A stretch of DNA of 64,000 nt from Octopus sinensis (lineage: Eukaryota). Each line of letters opens with the position of its first letter. Position 1 is the stretch's first letter. The position numbers and the translations under genes were made by a program. Positions 26,596 to 41,231 of this stretch are shown here, piece after piece. The notes under the pieces were generated by a model. That model worked only from the letters and a program-made list of their open reading frames with translations, did no database searches and had not been told where the DNA came from. Where the stretch lies: the NCBI RefSeq assembly GCF_006345805.1, contig NC_042997.1:23746001-23810000 (forward strand), given 5' to 3'.

Positions 26596-26990
26596 GGTGT
26601 GAGAGGATGGTTAAGTAATAATTAATTTAGATGGGATACAAAATAGAGAATGAGGTGGAGGAAAGAAAATAGATGCAAGATATGTAGGGATATTAAATTT
26701 GTAGATCCATTTTTTAGGTAGAATGGTAAATGTGTAAGATTCCAATATCTTATGAGAAAAATGCTGTTGAATTTTTCTCATAAGGTATTGGATTTGTCGT
26801 TGTTGCTAAGGATGCTGTAACTTTTGTAGATCATTACTTCTGCTGTGATGATGTATAGGTATTGACTGCGATGACAGCTTCACCTTCAAAATTACATTCT
26901 ATCTTTCGCTCTTGCTTGACGGCTGGCATAGGGAAGTGTGGAAGCCATTTTGAAAATTCGTCCTGATTTGAAATATATTTTCTTCTTTCA
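26596..26990 (-). mobile_element. Possible Penelope-like 3' region upstream of the HHR-like motif
   Basis: Position immediately 5' of a PLE-type HHR plus a weak Cys-containing remnant (KIECNFEGE); too decayed to be certain. Confidence 0.3.
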
Positions 26991-27899
26991 ACATTTTGCC
27001 CCGCAGGGTGAGGAAGAAAATGGTCAATCAGTCCTGTACAGTCTTGGTCGGCTTAACAATAAAATTAAACAATAAAATAAAAAATGCAGCCCTCATGAAA
27101 GCAAAAACAAGACGTCAGCTTACGGCGCTTCTGAAATATATTCGGCCACGGCAAAGGATTTTTTTTTTAATAAAAGTATGTTTAAAATATGTTTTGTACC
27201 TAGTTTAAAACTCCCGACCCCCATTATATACTCAGTGGCTTCTATAGCACCCGCTTGACATTTGCAGCTTCTTTGTCAGCTCTCAACACCCACAAAGCGA
27301 TGGCTAACACCTAGGTTAATAACGATAAGCTTAAACAATCTACACCTAAATGATATGAACAGAAAAGGTTCTACTTACATCGCCACAAGACATGTGAAAG
27401 AACGTAAAACTAATAATCGTTTATTAGTTAAGAATGAAATATTAGTAGCATAAAACAGTTGTAATGGGAATTTAAATAGATTCATTGCTTTTCACTTTGA
27501 GAATTCCCAAATTTAAATTAAGTGGTTCTAGTAAATACCATAAAACATCTTGCAAACTAAGTGAATGCAAGCATTCCTGTGTAGTGGCATCTTAAGCTAA
27601 TATCTCTTACCACAGCTTCGGATTGACAGATATCTTAGATGCGGAATTTGGCAGAAGAAATACATATACTTCCATGGATACATACATTCACACAAAAACA
27701 CGCACTAGCACACCCAAGCGCATGCATATATAAATACATACATACAAGCATTAACAGTCATCAGATCATAGACTGAAATTTGGCACGAAACTCTAGCCAT
27801 TGGAGCAACTTGTGTAATGCTCTGAGCTAATAAAATGTTTCATATACTCTGTTTTGCGTAGTAAATTCTCTTTTTCTTATATGTAAAACCAAACTTAAA

Positions 27900-28105
27900 C
27901 GCACGCGTGTACACACACACACACACACACATACACACACACACACACTCACAGACACACAGACATACGCATACACATACAAGCACACATGTATATACAC
28001 ATATACACACATGGATATATATATATATATAATATATATATTTATTATACATAAATACAGATACGTATGAACATCTATCTACATACATATATGTATGTAA
28101 TATAT

Positions 28106-28144
<39 letters not shown>

Positions 28145-28371
28145 TATATACATATATATATATATATACATATATACACACACACACACATATATATATA
28201 TACATATATATACATATACATATATATATATACATATATATATACATATATATATATATATACACACACATATATATATACATGCATATACATATATATA
28301 CATAGGCGCACATATATATGTATATAGATATGCGCATATACATAAAAAGATATCTGTATACAAATATACAT

Positions 28372-28408
<37 letters not shown>

Positions 28409-28640
28409 TGCGCAAATAAATACACACAAGCACACATACACGCTCGCACACATTTACACCAATAATACACACATAACGGCATATTCATTCATACCTCCAA
28501 AACTCACAACACACACACACACAAACAACGTATACAACCATACTACACTTAGAAACACACCAGCACACACACAGCACAGCACACAGTACACACACATATT
28601 TACACACACTCAAACACACACACACACACACACTACAATA
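27900..28640. repeat. (CA)n/(TA)n compound microsatellite
   Basis: Direct reading. Confidence 0.95.
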
Positions 28641-29234
28641 TAAAATATAAAACACATGTTAAAGAGAAGAGAAATCGACCTGAAACAATGAACTTTCTTC
28701 AATTTTTTCCCTTGTTCTTCTACGTTATGTTCTGTTTTCTTTCAGTTTCTCGTTGCGTAAGCTTGGGTAGTATCGGGCAGATGGCTGACGCAGCCGTCTA
28801 GATTAGCCTTTCTCCAGTTGCCGCTGACAATATATTCCCTCGCTTTCATATAATTTTCGCTGCATGATTGCTTTTTATAGCAGTTTGTGTTTATCATTTC
28901 TCTATCTCGGTCTTTCTTGCTGTCTCAATATATTTCTTTTTTTTATATTCTATTTAGTTTTTTCGTTTCCATTTTTTTTTCTTTTAATATTTATATTTCG
29001 TCTCTTTCTTTCGACTCTCGCCCACGCCTCTTTTCCCTCCTCCCCCCTCTATCTCTCTGTCTGTCCGTCTGTCTCTCTCTTTCCTTCTTTCTATACTTCT
29101 GCTTTTCTTCATCGTATTTCTTTCTTTCTTCGTGTTCATTTCTCGTTCTTCTTTTCTCTAGATCTTGCTCTTTACACACACACACACACACATGCTTCAA
29201 CGAACACATAAACGTACGCACACATACCATACGA

Positions 29235-29292
<58 letters not shown>

Positions 29293-29394
29293 CATATATT
29301 ATATTATATCTACATAAGTTTACAAATTACATGAATTAAATGCAATATGCACGTGTATATTCATATATATGCTCGCATACACACACACACGCAT

Positions 29395-29561
29395 ATACAA
29401 CGGGCTTCTTTCAGTTTCCGTCGCCCAAATCTACTCACAAGTTTTCATCGGCCCGAGGCTATAGTAGAAGAGATTTGTCCAATGTGCCACGTCGTGGGAT
29501 TGAACCCGGAGCCATGTATTTGGGAAGCAAGCTCCTTACCACACAGTCATTCCTGCGCCTG
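29395..29561 (-). mobile_element. SINE S1 head
   Basis: Reverse complement begins CAGGCGCAGGAATGACTGTGTGGTAAG. Confidence 0.85.
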
Positions 29562-29574
29562 TATATATATATAT

Positions 29575-29618
<44 letters not shown>

Positions 29619-29647
29619 TATATACATATATATAATATATATAATAG

Positions 29648-29680
<33 letters not shown>

Positions 29681-29710
29681 GATATATATATATAAATAAA
29701 TATGTATATG

Positions 29711-29799
<89 letters not shown>

Positions 29800-30359
29800 A
29801 AATATGTATATGTGTCTATATATATATATATATATGTGTGTATGTATGTATGTATATATGTATGTGTGTGTTTGTGTAGATACACATACACACATGTGTG
29901 CACACACGTTTTTCTCCACTGGCTTTTTTTTCTCGCAGCGTCAGTTTGTTATTGTCTTCTCATTCGTCTCGTTTGTTGCTGTTGTTGTTGTTGTTCTTCT
30001 TCTTGTTCTTCTTCTTCTTCTACTACTACTTCTACTTCTTCCACCTATTCCATCTCCCTTCCTGTATACCATCTCTCTCCACCCCTTCTCTTCTCTTTCT
30101 CTTCCCCTCACCCCAGCCGTTCCTACACCTCAATATCATAATCTTCCTCATCGTCATTCGACTATCATCAACGACACCATCTCACCACCACACCACATCA
30201 CCACACCACCACACCATCACAATACGATTTTTATCGCCATCGTTTGCCTCCGCATCTCCCACATCATCACGATTCCGCTCCTTTCAAATTCTGTTTGGTT
30301 GTTTTCAAATAATTTGGTCGTCCTTATAAATGGTCCGTCATTTAATTCTGACGGAAACG

Positions 30360-30950
30360 GTATGTATGTATGTATGTATGTATGTATGTATGTATGTATG
30401 TATGTATGTATGTATGTATGTATGTATGTATGTATGCATGCATGCATACATGCATGTATGTATGTATGTATGTATGCATGCATACATACATGCATGTATG
30501 TATGTATGTATGTACGTATGTATGTATGTATGTATGCATGCATGTATGTATGTATGTATGTATGCATGTATGTATGTATGTATGTATGTATGCATGTATG
30601 TATGTATGCATGTATGTATGTACGTATATATGTATGTATGTAAGTATGTATGTATGTATGTATGTATGTATGTATGTATGTATGCATGCATGTATGTATG
30701 TATGTACATACGTGCGTACTTATGCATGTATGTGAATATATGTATACTATGTATATACGTATGAATGTATTATGTGTGTACATGTGTGTATATGTTTATG
30801 TGTGTGAGTGTATGTATGTATATATGTATATATGTGTATGTATATATGTACGTCTATGTATGCGTGTATATGTACATATATGCATTTATGTATGTATGCA
30901 TGTATGCGTATGTATTATGTATGTACGTGTGAATGTATGTATGTGTATGT
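30360..30950. repeat. (TATG)n/(CATG) tetranucleotide array
   Basis: Direct reading. Confidence 0.95.
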
Positions 30951-32179
30951 AAGGGCTCTCTTTCGTTTTTAATTATTTAAAGTCTTGCATATATTTACTG
31001 TTCCGCTTACAGACTGTGCTTGTAATGAGCGTATTTGCTAGTTGATTTCTTTTTCTGAAAATTGCGGTTCATTAAGATTGTTACTTTGGCATTTACTCAC
31101 AAATCCAAGTGCATCAATTATTGCTATTGGTATAAATTTAACTTGATAATCTGAGAATAGAAGTTAGATGTTTCCAAATAGCTGTCCGTAGTTAACATTT
31201 TTCTCATTGATTTTCGAATAGTTATTCGCATCAGCCGGCAGCTGACCTCTGTGACGGCATATACGTTTCTTGTTCACCCCAAATAACGATATGCAACCTG
31301 GTATGCTGTAACTGGTAGAATTTTTGATAGGAATGTCGCACTATTATTCTTGTGTTGGTGTTTGTGTAAGTGTGTATGTAGGTATGTATGTGTATATTTG
31401 TGTATGTGTGTATGTGTGTATGTGTGAAAGTATGTACACAAGTATGCATATATGCAGGCATGTATACTAAGTACGTACCATCAGTAATTACTCAGGGTAG
31501 GTAGTTGGTGGCCTTTATGTAGTAAAACACGTAAAAAATAATCGAAAGACAGACGCGCGACTGAGTTGAATACAGATTTACTTTTACCTTCATAGTACGT
31601 AAAGAAAACGGTGTTGTAGGAGTGTACGCAGCACGTGTACAGCAGCAGTACTATGCATAGCTTAATTGCTGAAATTGAAAAGCAGGGGCGAATTATGCCT
31701 AACAAATCTACAAAAAAAAAAAAATATATATTGAATTTTATGAATAGTAATCAGAGTAATTTTATTGAATTAGGTGCATATTTTGCCATAAAAAGAAAAT
31801 GTTGCCATCGATCTATTTTATTCAAGGTAGGGGCTTCGTAACTTGCGTACTAAGGCAGCACGTCCCTGATGTATACATTGGTATAGTATCATGAGGTCAT
31901 CACTCAAGGGGTACTTCCAGAATTGCTCCTTCCCAAATCTCTTGCTGTCTTCTACCTCATGTAGGAATACATGATTGATAGATGGCGTTCGAGGATACTG
32001 TGGTGCTTCAGCAGATATGCGACATCAAAGATAATTTCAATCTATATTTAACTGTGCGCCTTTTTGCTTTCGTTTAAGGAAAAGGTACGGTCAAAACCAC
32101 TTTAGACAGATGCATAAGAACGGGGCCGCAGTTGAGATTCTTGACAAAGTTATGTGCTATAATGACCTTTTATTTTTTA

Positions 32180-32547
32180 TTTGTTTCAATTATTAGACTG
32201 CAGCCATGCAGGGGCACTTGAAGAGTTTCAGACTCTTGTACTTTTTTTAAAACCTGGTACTTATTCTATTGGTCGCTTTTGCCGAATCGCTAATTACGGG
32301 ACGTAAACACACCAGCACCGGTTGTCAAGCAGCAGGATGGGGATTAAATACAGATACAAAGGCACGCACACCCCACATATATACGACGGGCTGCTTTCAG
32401 TTTATGTCTACCAAATCCACACACAAGTCTTGGTCGGTCTGATGCTATAGTAAAAGACACTTGCCCGAGGTGCCATGCACTGGGAATGAACCCGGAACCA
32501 TGTGGCTGGGAAGCAAACTTCTTACCACACAGCCACACTTGCGCCTG
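32180..32547 (-). mobile_element. SINE S1, full-length, decayed, short central spacer
   Basis: Head (cttgcgcctg at 32547), body and tail colinear with 54682-55279. Confidence 0.85.
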
Positions 32548-32849
32548 ATGTGGACATTTCTGGCAATGTCTCACAATTTTTGTGTTTCAAAATCAATGCT
32601 TCCGATCACTTCTTGCAACGAATTAAGTAATCTAAACGTTGGTATCTATACTGGAATACAAGGCATATTATAGGCTACTGGTGTCTTATATGCATTGAGT
32701 TTGAAGACTATATCTTATGCATGTTTCTATGTATGGACGTATTTCGTCTAAAGGTGCTCTCATCTACTTTTGGGCTGAAAATCAATTTTGGACGTATGCC
32801 CAAAAGCGAAGCAGCTGTTGGTGAATTTCTTGACAAAATCATATGCTTC

Positions 32850-33215
32850 ATTGTCGAAGCAGCCGTAGGCATATGTCTGCAACGAGAAAATGGTTTATGT
32901 TCGAAATCGAGTTGACGACAACCGAAAGAAATATACTCTGTTGTAGAAATCAGCTGCCCTCTGGATACCAGTGTGTCAGAAAATACAGGAGGAAGAAAAC
33001 GTCTTTAGACCGTTGATGAGAAATTTGTAAATCCTGTACCAAAGACACAATTTATGTTTCCTACTTATTATTATTGGAGCAACAGGATACGTGCCAAAGC
33101 GCCTGGAGCAAAGTCAGTCTGAGCTTGGGTTCTTGGAGAAAGAATACAATTTCTTATTCATACAAATGACCACGATACCTAGAACAATAAAAAATCAGCA
33201 AGAACGTCTTAAGAT
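32850..33215 (+). mobile_element. Decayed 3' end of an RLE-type LINE
   Basis: Frameshifted remnants VEISCPLDTSV, RPLMRNL*ILY and LLIIIGATGYVPKRLE resemble the C-terminal RLE block. Confidence 0.55.
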
Positions 33216-33320
33216 TTAAAGGCTGAAGAACAAAGGGTATTTTGCTTCGCAACCTTGACACCAAGCTGACGACCTTTTAAAATGAACTCTAAAGAGAAAA
33301 CGGAAGCATACACACTCACA

Positions 33321-33380
<60 letters not shown>

Positions 33381-33714
33381 ACGTACGCATGCACACACAT
33401 ATATGCATGTGCGTATGAACATATTTTCATTGTGACTATGTGTGTAGAGGTACAAATTTGTGTGTATCAGTCAATGTGTGTATATATGTGTATTTGCTCT
33501 TTTTACCATATTTAAAAGAAGTATTCAATACATAATTTTCAGTGTGTATATTTCATTAGAAGGTTAAATGTTTTGAGTCGCAGCTCCGACTTACTCGTAG
33601 CCGATCGTTTAAAGGATTGAATGAACACCCATCAGAGTTTTATTTCAAGACGCTTCTGCTTCCAAGAAAATATACACACTTTATATTTATAAACAAAGAC
33701 CTTCATCAATATAT

Positions 33715-34135
<421 letters not shown>

Positions 34136-34748
34136 GTGTGTGTATGTATATATATATTTACTCACACACCCCAAATGTATGTATGTATATGCATGTGTCT
34201 GTATGCAGAGACATTAGTGTGTGATTGTAGTTGTGAGCACGAAATTTGTATGTGCATGCATCTTATTTACTTCTTGTGTGTTTTTGTGACAGTCTGTGTA
34301 TGTGTATGTGTGTGTGTTTGCGTGTGGAACAGGGTGTGTGTTGATGGAATGTGGGAGTTATCTAGAATCGTGAGTGTGGGTAGGTGCAGTGTCCTGAGGT
34401 GTGGTGTAGGATAGGTGTTGGTAGGGATAGCAATATTTATTGCCGCTTCGTTGCACAGTTATTTTGCATTATTTTCACGCTCCACATAATTAGCAAGACA
34501 TGTATTTTAATGTGTGAACATTTCCACATCCCCCCCCCCACACACACTCTCTCTCTCTGTCTCTCTTTAACTGTATTTCTGTCTGTTTCCATACGTGTGT
34601 GGGTTTGTGTATGTATGTATGTATGTATGTATGTATGTATGTATGTATGTATGTATGTATGTATGTGTGTGTGTGTGTGTTTGTGCTTGTGCTTGTGCTT
34701 GTGTGTATGTGTGTATATATGTGTATGCACGTGTATCTGTTTGTGTGC

Positions 34749-34826
<78 letters not shown>

Positions 34827-34832
34827 TTTGTT

Positions 34833-34879
<47 letters not shown>

Positions 34880-35290
34880 ACAGGAAGCAGGAAGGGAAGA
34901 CAAGTAAGGAAAGCGAGACGTGTCTCAAAGAAACAGAAAGTTATTTGACAAAGAGCGTTGAAAGAGAAGGAATGAAAATACGACTAGAGCGATATATATA
35001 TATATATATATGTAAAGAGGTAGAGAGAGTGAGAGAGAGAGAGAGAGAGAGAGATAGGGGAAAGTGAAAGTGAAAGAAAGTGATAGAGAGAGAGAGAGAG
35101 GGAGAAACATATTTGAATGGCGGAATAAATGAGAGAAACAATGATATTGGAGAGAGTGAATGAAACCCAGAGAAACAGAGAACGTCAAAAGAGAAAGATA
35201 AACATACAGACATACGGCACGTGTACGTCATTATATATATTTGTTTGTTTGTTTGTGTGTGATGAGTGAGTGCATGTGGGGGTGTTTATT

Positions 35291-35328
<38 letters not shown>

Positions 35329-35824
35329 TGAGTGTGTATGTGTGTGAGTTTAGGTATGTTTACATAAGTTTTTGCCTAAATGTGTTTAACGGAGTGGATT
35401 TGTTTTTTTTTTTGTTTTTTGTTGTTGTTGTTATTCTTTTGCTGCAAGTCACATCTGATTTAGCACACACACACACACACACACACACCACACACGCACA
35501 CACACTCACACACACGCACGCACACACACGCACGCACACACGCGCACGCACACACACAAAAACACACACACGCACGCACACACACGCACGCACACATACA
35601 CACTCACACACACGCACGCACACACACGCACGCACACACGCGCACGCACACACGCGCACGCACACACACATACACAAACATAAATACACACAATATGTGT
35701 ACGCGCACATGTGCATACACACACATATATGTTTGTGCGCGAGTGTGTGTTTTTTTAATCGACTATGTATGTATGTACATATATATAATATATATATATA
35801 TATCAACATATACATCTTATCAAC

Positions 35825-35855
<31 letters not shown>

Positions 35856-35887
35856 CAACATATATATCTATATCAACAATATATATA

Positions 35888-35929
<42 letters not shown>

Positions 35930-36293
35930 ACACACATACATATAGAAACACACATACAGACACACACATATGAACACACACACGTGTATATATGCACACA
36001 CACCACACACACGATCAAATTGCGGTCCACTTAAAACCTCCCCTTCTTTTGCCTATCTAGAACTACGCTATGCTGTCAAAGGTATTCGTATTTTTGTTAA
36101 TCACTAGATTTTTATTTGAGGGTAATTAATCCGCCTGCCTTTCTTTTCCAGAATGTTGAACGATCAAGTAAAAGGATTTCTTTGCTTGTATTTGTGTTTA
36201 TGAACGGGGGGTATGTATGCATATTTATTAGTCAATGTATGACCGTATACGAATTAGCGTATGCCTGTGTATACGTATGAGTAACAGTTTGTT

Positions 36294-36633
36294 CAAGAGA
36301 TTGTAAAAGAGCTCAAAATCTCTCGTGGAGGCGCCATCCAACCAAAATGCAAATATATGGGAAACTACCACCTGTGTCACCTCTTGTGAAAGGTAGGAGA
36401 GTCCAGTTTGCTGGACATTGTTGTGGAGCTGAAAAAGAAGTAATTTCTACTCTTCTCCTCTGGAAGCCATCTACTCGCAATACCAGAGGGGGCACACTCT
36501 CCTACCCTGATGTAATCTCCAGGGATACAGGCATCCAGCAACAGGACCTCCGTAATGCCATGATGGACCGTGAAGTCTGGCGTAGCATGGTAAATTCCAT
36601 TGTCTTGACCACGGTCGAACGATGATGATGATG
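36294..36633 (+). mobile_element. 5'-truncated RTE/RTEX-type LINE with (GAT)n tail and 11-bp TSD
   Basis: Uninterrupted C-terminal ORF (SWRRHPTKMQIYGKLPPVS...RRVQFAGHC...LLLWKP...DVISRDTG...DREVWRSMV); (GAT)n tail; direct repeat AACAGTTTGTT at 36283-36293 and 36634-36644. Confidence 0.9.
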
Positions 36634-36739
36634 AACAGTTTGTTTGCTTGGATGTATTTCTGTGTGTTTTTTGATAAGTGTATGAACGAAGCATTTGGTT
36701 TTTGAGTAACTATACACCACTTTTCTGCCAATAGTTTTA

Positions 36740-37300
36740 TGTATGTGTGAGATTGTGTGTGTGTGTGGTGTTTGTCTGTGGTTTGTGTTGTGTGTGTGTG
36801 TGTATGTGTGTGCGGCGTGCGTGTGTGTGGTGTGCGTGCATGTGGTGCGTGAGTGTATGGTGTGTGGTGTGTGTGTGGCGTGCGTGGTGTGTGGTGTGTG
36901 TGTGTGTAGCGTGTATGGATTGAGCGTGGTGTGTGGTGTGTGGTGTGTAGTGTGTGTGTGTGTGGTGCATGTATGCGTGGCGTTTGGTCTGTGTGCATGT
37001 GGTGCGTGTGTGTGTGTGTGATTTGTGTTGTGTGTGTGTGTATGTCTGTGCGGTGTGCGTGTGTGTGGTGTGCATGTATGTGGTACGTGAGTGTATGGTG
37101 TGTGGTGTGTGTGGTGTGTGTGTGTGGCGTGCGTGTGTATGTGATATGTGTGGTGTGTGTGAGTATGTGTGGTGTGTGTGTGTGTGTGTGGTGCGTGTGT
37201 GTATGGTGTGTGTGTCTGTGTGGTGTGTGAGGTGTGCGTGTGTGAGTATATATGTGTGGTGTGGTGTGTGTGTGTGCATGTATGGTGTGTGTGCGTGTGC
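36740..37300. repeat. (TG)n/(TGG)-interrupted low-complexity tract
   Basis: Direct reading. Confidence 0.9.
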
Positions 37301-37329
37301 GTATGAGCTGTCGATTTGACCACTCAGTA

Positions 37330-37700
37330 TTGCTTCTTTCAGCCGGAATATCCAAGATCTTTAGGCTCACTCTTAATCATGTTTTTCTCGTACTATCATC
37401 CACTCAGCTGCCGCACCAAAATGGCCGCTGCTCTACCACTTCTGCTCATATAGCAACTATTTTGCTTTACTACTTGCTGAGTATTTATTATTCGTGCTCA
37501 GCTTTGATTTCCCTCTCATATGCCTTTATAATATCTCTGCTGAAACATCTGTTTCTTTCTCCGGTTTTCCAATCTTTAATATTCTTCGTAAATTTAATAT
37601 CAGCTATGTAGCACATCATCGTGGATCTATCTACAAACCGACAATATCTTGTCTCTACTCCATGCACGGTCATCTTCGTACTGTGTATCCACGTATCATA
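37330..37700 (-). mobile_element. Possible decayed CR1/L2-type RT fragment
   Basis: STMMCYIADIKFTKNIKDW resembles a YADD..KI..I motif context; weak. Confidence 0.35.
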
Positions 37701-38060
37701 AAATCACATTCCTAAAATCACCAAATCTTTCACGTTCTCAAAACTTCGTTTACTGAACAATCAGTGTTTTTTTGGTCGAGTTCGACCTAACCATAAAGTC
37801 AAGTCATTACTTCGTTATTATAATAAGATTTAGGAATATGACAACTTCCTTCAAACCTACACGTACCCTGTAGTCCTATTAGTACCATTCAAGAATACGT
37901 TCTTGGCTTTTCTGTCTTGATTTTTCTTCCTGCGTTACCTGTTCTTGCTATTCTTATGGAAAGCAACAGAGTTAAGTCGGCGTTGAGTCTCATCATAGTT
38001 GCTACACTGCTGTTTTAGTAAATCGAAAGGACTTGGTATTACCGCCGAGTATACTCTCTA

Positions 38061-38094
<34 letters not shown>

Positions 38095-38260
38095 TGTGTG
38101 GTCTTGCATCCTACCAAGATTAAGAAAAAAATCCACATAATACATTTAATAGAGTCTGTACATTTATTTGAACCTGCGGCTTCCTAACATCGTTACTCAG
38201 TTTTTCGTTTCTACTTTCCATAACGACTCATGTGTGTGTATGTGTGTGGTGTGTGTGTGT

Positions 38261-38296
<36 letters not shown>

Positions 38297-38537
38297 TGGA
38301 TGTATATGCGCGCGTGTGCGTATCTCCCCAAATCTTCTAAAATAACAACCTATCGTCTCAAAACAAGAATGATTGTTTAAACACTGTTGATTGTAGGTTT
38401 TGCTGAGTAGGAGATGGCCAGCGTTTTAAACAACTATTTCTAGAGGAGAAAGGTAAAAATATAAATATTAGCAAAGCAAAAAGTACTTGATACGTAGCCC
38501 AACATCAAGTCTGTTCTAGTGTGTGTGTGTGTGTATG

Positions 38538-38710
38538 AAGCCAGTGCCGCCTCGACTGGCTTCCGTGCCGGTTGCACGTAAAAAGCACCATCCGAATCGT
38601 GGCCAAAGCCAGTGCCGCCTCGACTGGCTTCCCAGATCCCCGGTCGAACCGTCCAACCCATGCTAGCATGGAGAACGGATGTTAAACGATGATGATGATG
38701 ATGATGATGA

Positions 38711-38713
<3 letters not shown>
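38538..38713 (+). mobile_element. 3' end of a SINE/RTE-related repeat with (GAT)n tail
   Basis: Internal direct repeat aagccagtgccgcctcgactggcttcc x2; ends catgctagcatggagaacggatgttaaac(GAT)n. Confidence 0.7.
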
Positions 38714-38750
<37 letters not shown>

Positions 38751-39526
38751 AATCTTATTTCCTTTGTTTCAGACATAGTATATCTAAGAGATGATTTAAT
38801 ATCTACAACCACAAAGCGTGATATGTCGTTCTTTATGTATGTTGTGAAGGAGATTTTGCTGCTATTTTTTGCAGGTAGACCGAACAAGTAGAGGCTCACT
38901 CGCTGGCACGTGTATGTATTTATTTGCGTATATACTTGTGCAGTTTGTATTTTATGTGTGTAGATGGGTGTCAAGTCAAGTGAAAAAAATGTCGGTAAAA
39001 GAAACCAGCTTCTCTTCCGCACTTCCGCCAATAAATACGTAAGACTGTGCATTACGATATGTTATAGAAGTAGTATGATGAGGTGTGTCGAGGATCGGTA
39101 TCAGTGTAATGTATGCAATATGATGGTTATGTTGTTAAGCGGTGTACACTGAAGGTAGCGGTAGTTGTTGTTAGAGTCAAGGTTAAACGTTAAAAAATAT
39201 ATGTAAAATGCGGCAACAAACATTAAAAAACCGAGAAAAGAACCTACTAACCCCTTCATAAAAATTAAAAATAAGACAAAACAGCATCAACAAACGGCTA
39301 AAACGCGTACTTGGTTGAGTTTTATAATTGATGGAAGGCCAAGTTATCTTGCGTTGATGTAGGCTGCAGGTGAAAAACGCAAACGAAATATGTATAATGA
39401 CAGCTGGTAATGTTTGGTTGGCTGCATTGAACAAATAAACAAACAAGAACAAGATCATAAATAACAACTAAAAAAAATGATAATAAAACAACTACAAAAG
39501 TCTAGAAAAACAATATTAGAAACAAA

Positions 39527-39682
39527 ATGACGCCCTCCACTCGCATACATACTGAGAAAAAAAAAGAATCCAACGAAAAACAAAATGGCGTACGCTGACG
39601 TTGATCATTGCAATACTGGTCGTCTGCTTCAATCAATTGGTTGACGCGGAAACACTAAGAGAAACTCAACATATCCGAGCAG
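39527..39682 (+). CDS. Candidate first coding exon (signal-peptide-like), requires one extra A in a homopolymer
   Basis: ATG at 39527 joins frame KWRTLTLIIAILVVCFNQLVDA|ETLRETQHIRAG only if the A9 run (39557-39565) is A10; possible donor CAG|GTGCGG at 39683; lies in non-repetitive DNA. Speculative. Confidence 0.25.
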
Positions 39683-39784
39683 GTGCGGTGGTGAAAATTT
39701 TTATCGGATGGTTGGGTTCTTCGATCGACCTTGCAAATCAGCTCGCCTTCCAGACACTCAGTCAACTTTCCATTCTCTCATAAC

Positions 39785-39910
39785 ATCCATCCGTCCGTCC
39801 GTCTGTCCGTCCGTCCGTCTGTCCGTCCGTCCGTCTATCTGTCTATCTGTCTGTCTGTCCGTCCGTCCGTCTGTGTGTCTGTCAGCCTGTCTGCCTGCCT
39901 TTGTGCCTGC

Positions 39911-39984
<74 letters not shown>

Positions 39985-40025
39985 GTCTGTCTGTCTGTTT
40001 GTCTATCTGTCTGTCTGTCTGTCTA
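39785..40025. repeat. (CCGT)n/(CTGT)n/(CTAT)n compound microsatellite
   Basis: Direct reading. Confidence 0.95.
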
Positions 40026-40170
40026 CATTTGTATGTTTATAAAGTTGCATGTATGAATGTATATATATGTATGGATGGATGGCTGTATGCATGTACGCAT
40101 GCATGTTTGCATGTGGGTATGAATGTACGTATGTATGTTTATATGTAATATATACATATATGTAATATAC

Positions 40171-40201
<31 letters not shown>

Positions 40202-40927
40202 CATGCACACACTTACATATGTATATATATACACACATACATACTCACGCGTGCTCACACACACACATATATACCTACTTTTGTATGTTTGTATATGTAT
40301 GTATGTGTCGGTTTATGGTGACCCTGTCTGTGCATGTATTCTTCAATCCAGTCATCCAACTATCTATCTATCCATTGATGCAGTCAATCATCCATCTAAC
40401 CGATCAGTTAATAATTTATCCATTCATATATTCAACCATCCATCTATCCATCCATCCATCCATCCGGCAGTCCAGTCAGCCGTTTGACAGTTGTACTTGC
40501 TGTTAAGGTCATTTCCTTCTCCGTTCCGACTAAAGACTGCTCCACCGTCGAGAATACAACCCCGCCTCCACCATCATCACCGCCACAGTGACGACTAATA
40601 CCAGCTCCGCCAGCAATATTTCCACTACTATCGCCACCACCACAACAACTACAGCCATCACTATTATCCTCATCACTATAAATGGTGTCTCTAAACCAGG
40701 TCTATTGCTACTGTAATCACCGCTAACATACTATAGCCACCACCACCACCATCATTACTACAACTAACCCCATCGTCATCTTCTTCCACCTCTTCCTTCT
40801 CCTCCTCACTTGATAGCTATCACTTCCTTTTCATCATAATATTCGTACATATGCATGTAATATCTATGTGTATGTCTGAGAAAAACACATAAGATCACAT
40901 TAACACATATACTCACATGCACACACA

Positions 40928-40979
<52 letters not shown>

Positions 40980-41031
40980 GTATGTATGTATGTATGTATG
41001 TATTTATCTATCTATCTATCTATCTATCTAT

Positions 41032-41091
<60 letters not shown>

Positions 41092-41188
41092 CTATCTATC
41101 TATTTATATTTATATTTATATTTATATTTAGGTAAATAGATTCTTCGAACAGGGACAGTCAGTAGCGACACCTGCTGGGTCTGACTAC

Positions 41189-41231
41189 GCTGCATTGATA
41201 AAGGGCAAATACCCTGAAACATGTCTGCAGC
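41189..41231 (+). ncRNA. Minimal type I hammerhead-like motif with variant core
   Basis: GCTGCA-TTGATAA-AGGG caaata CCCT-GAAAC-AT-GTC-TGCAGC: 6-bp helix I, 4-bp helix II, palindromic ACATGT helix III, GUC triplet; core differs from CUGAUGA at two positions. Confidence 0.55.

Noticed and set aside
39585-39644. Strong-context ATG (AAAATGG) giving MAYADVDHCNTGRLLQSIG*
   Set aside because: Only 19 codons with no supporting feature; at most an upstream ORF.
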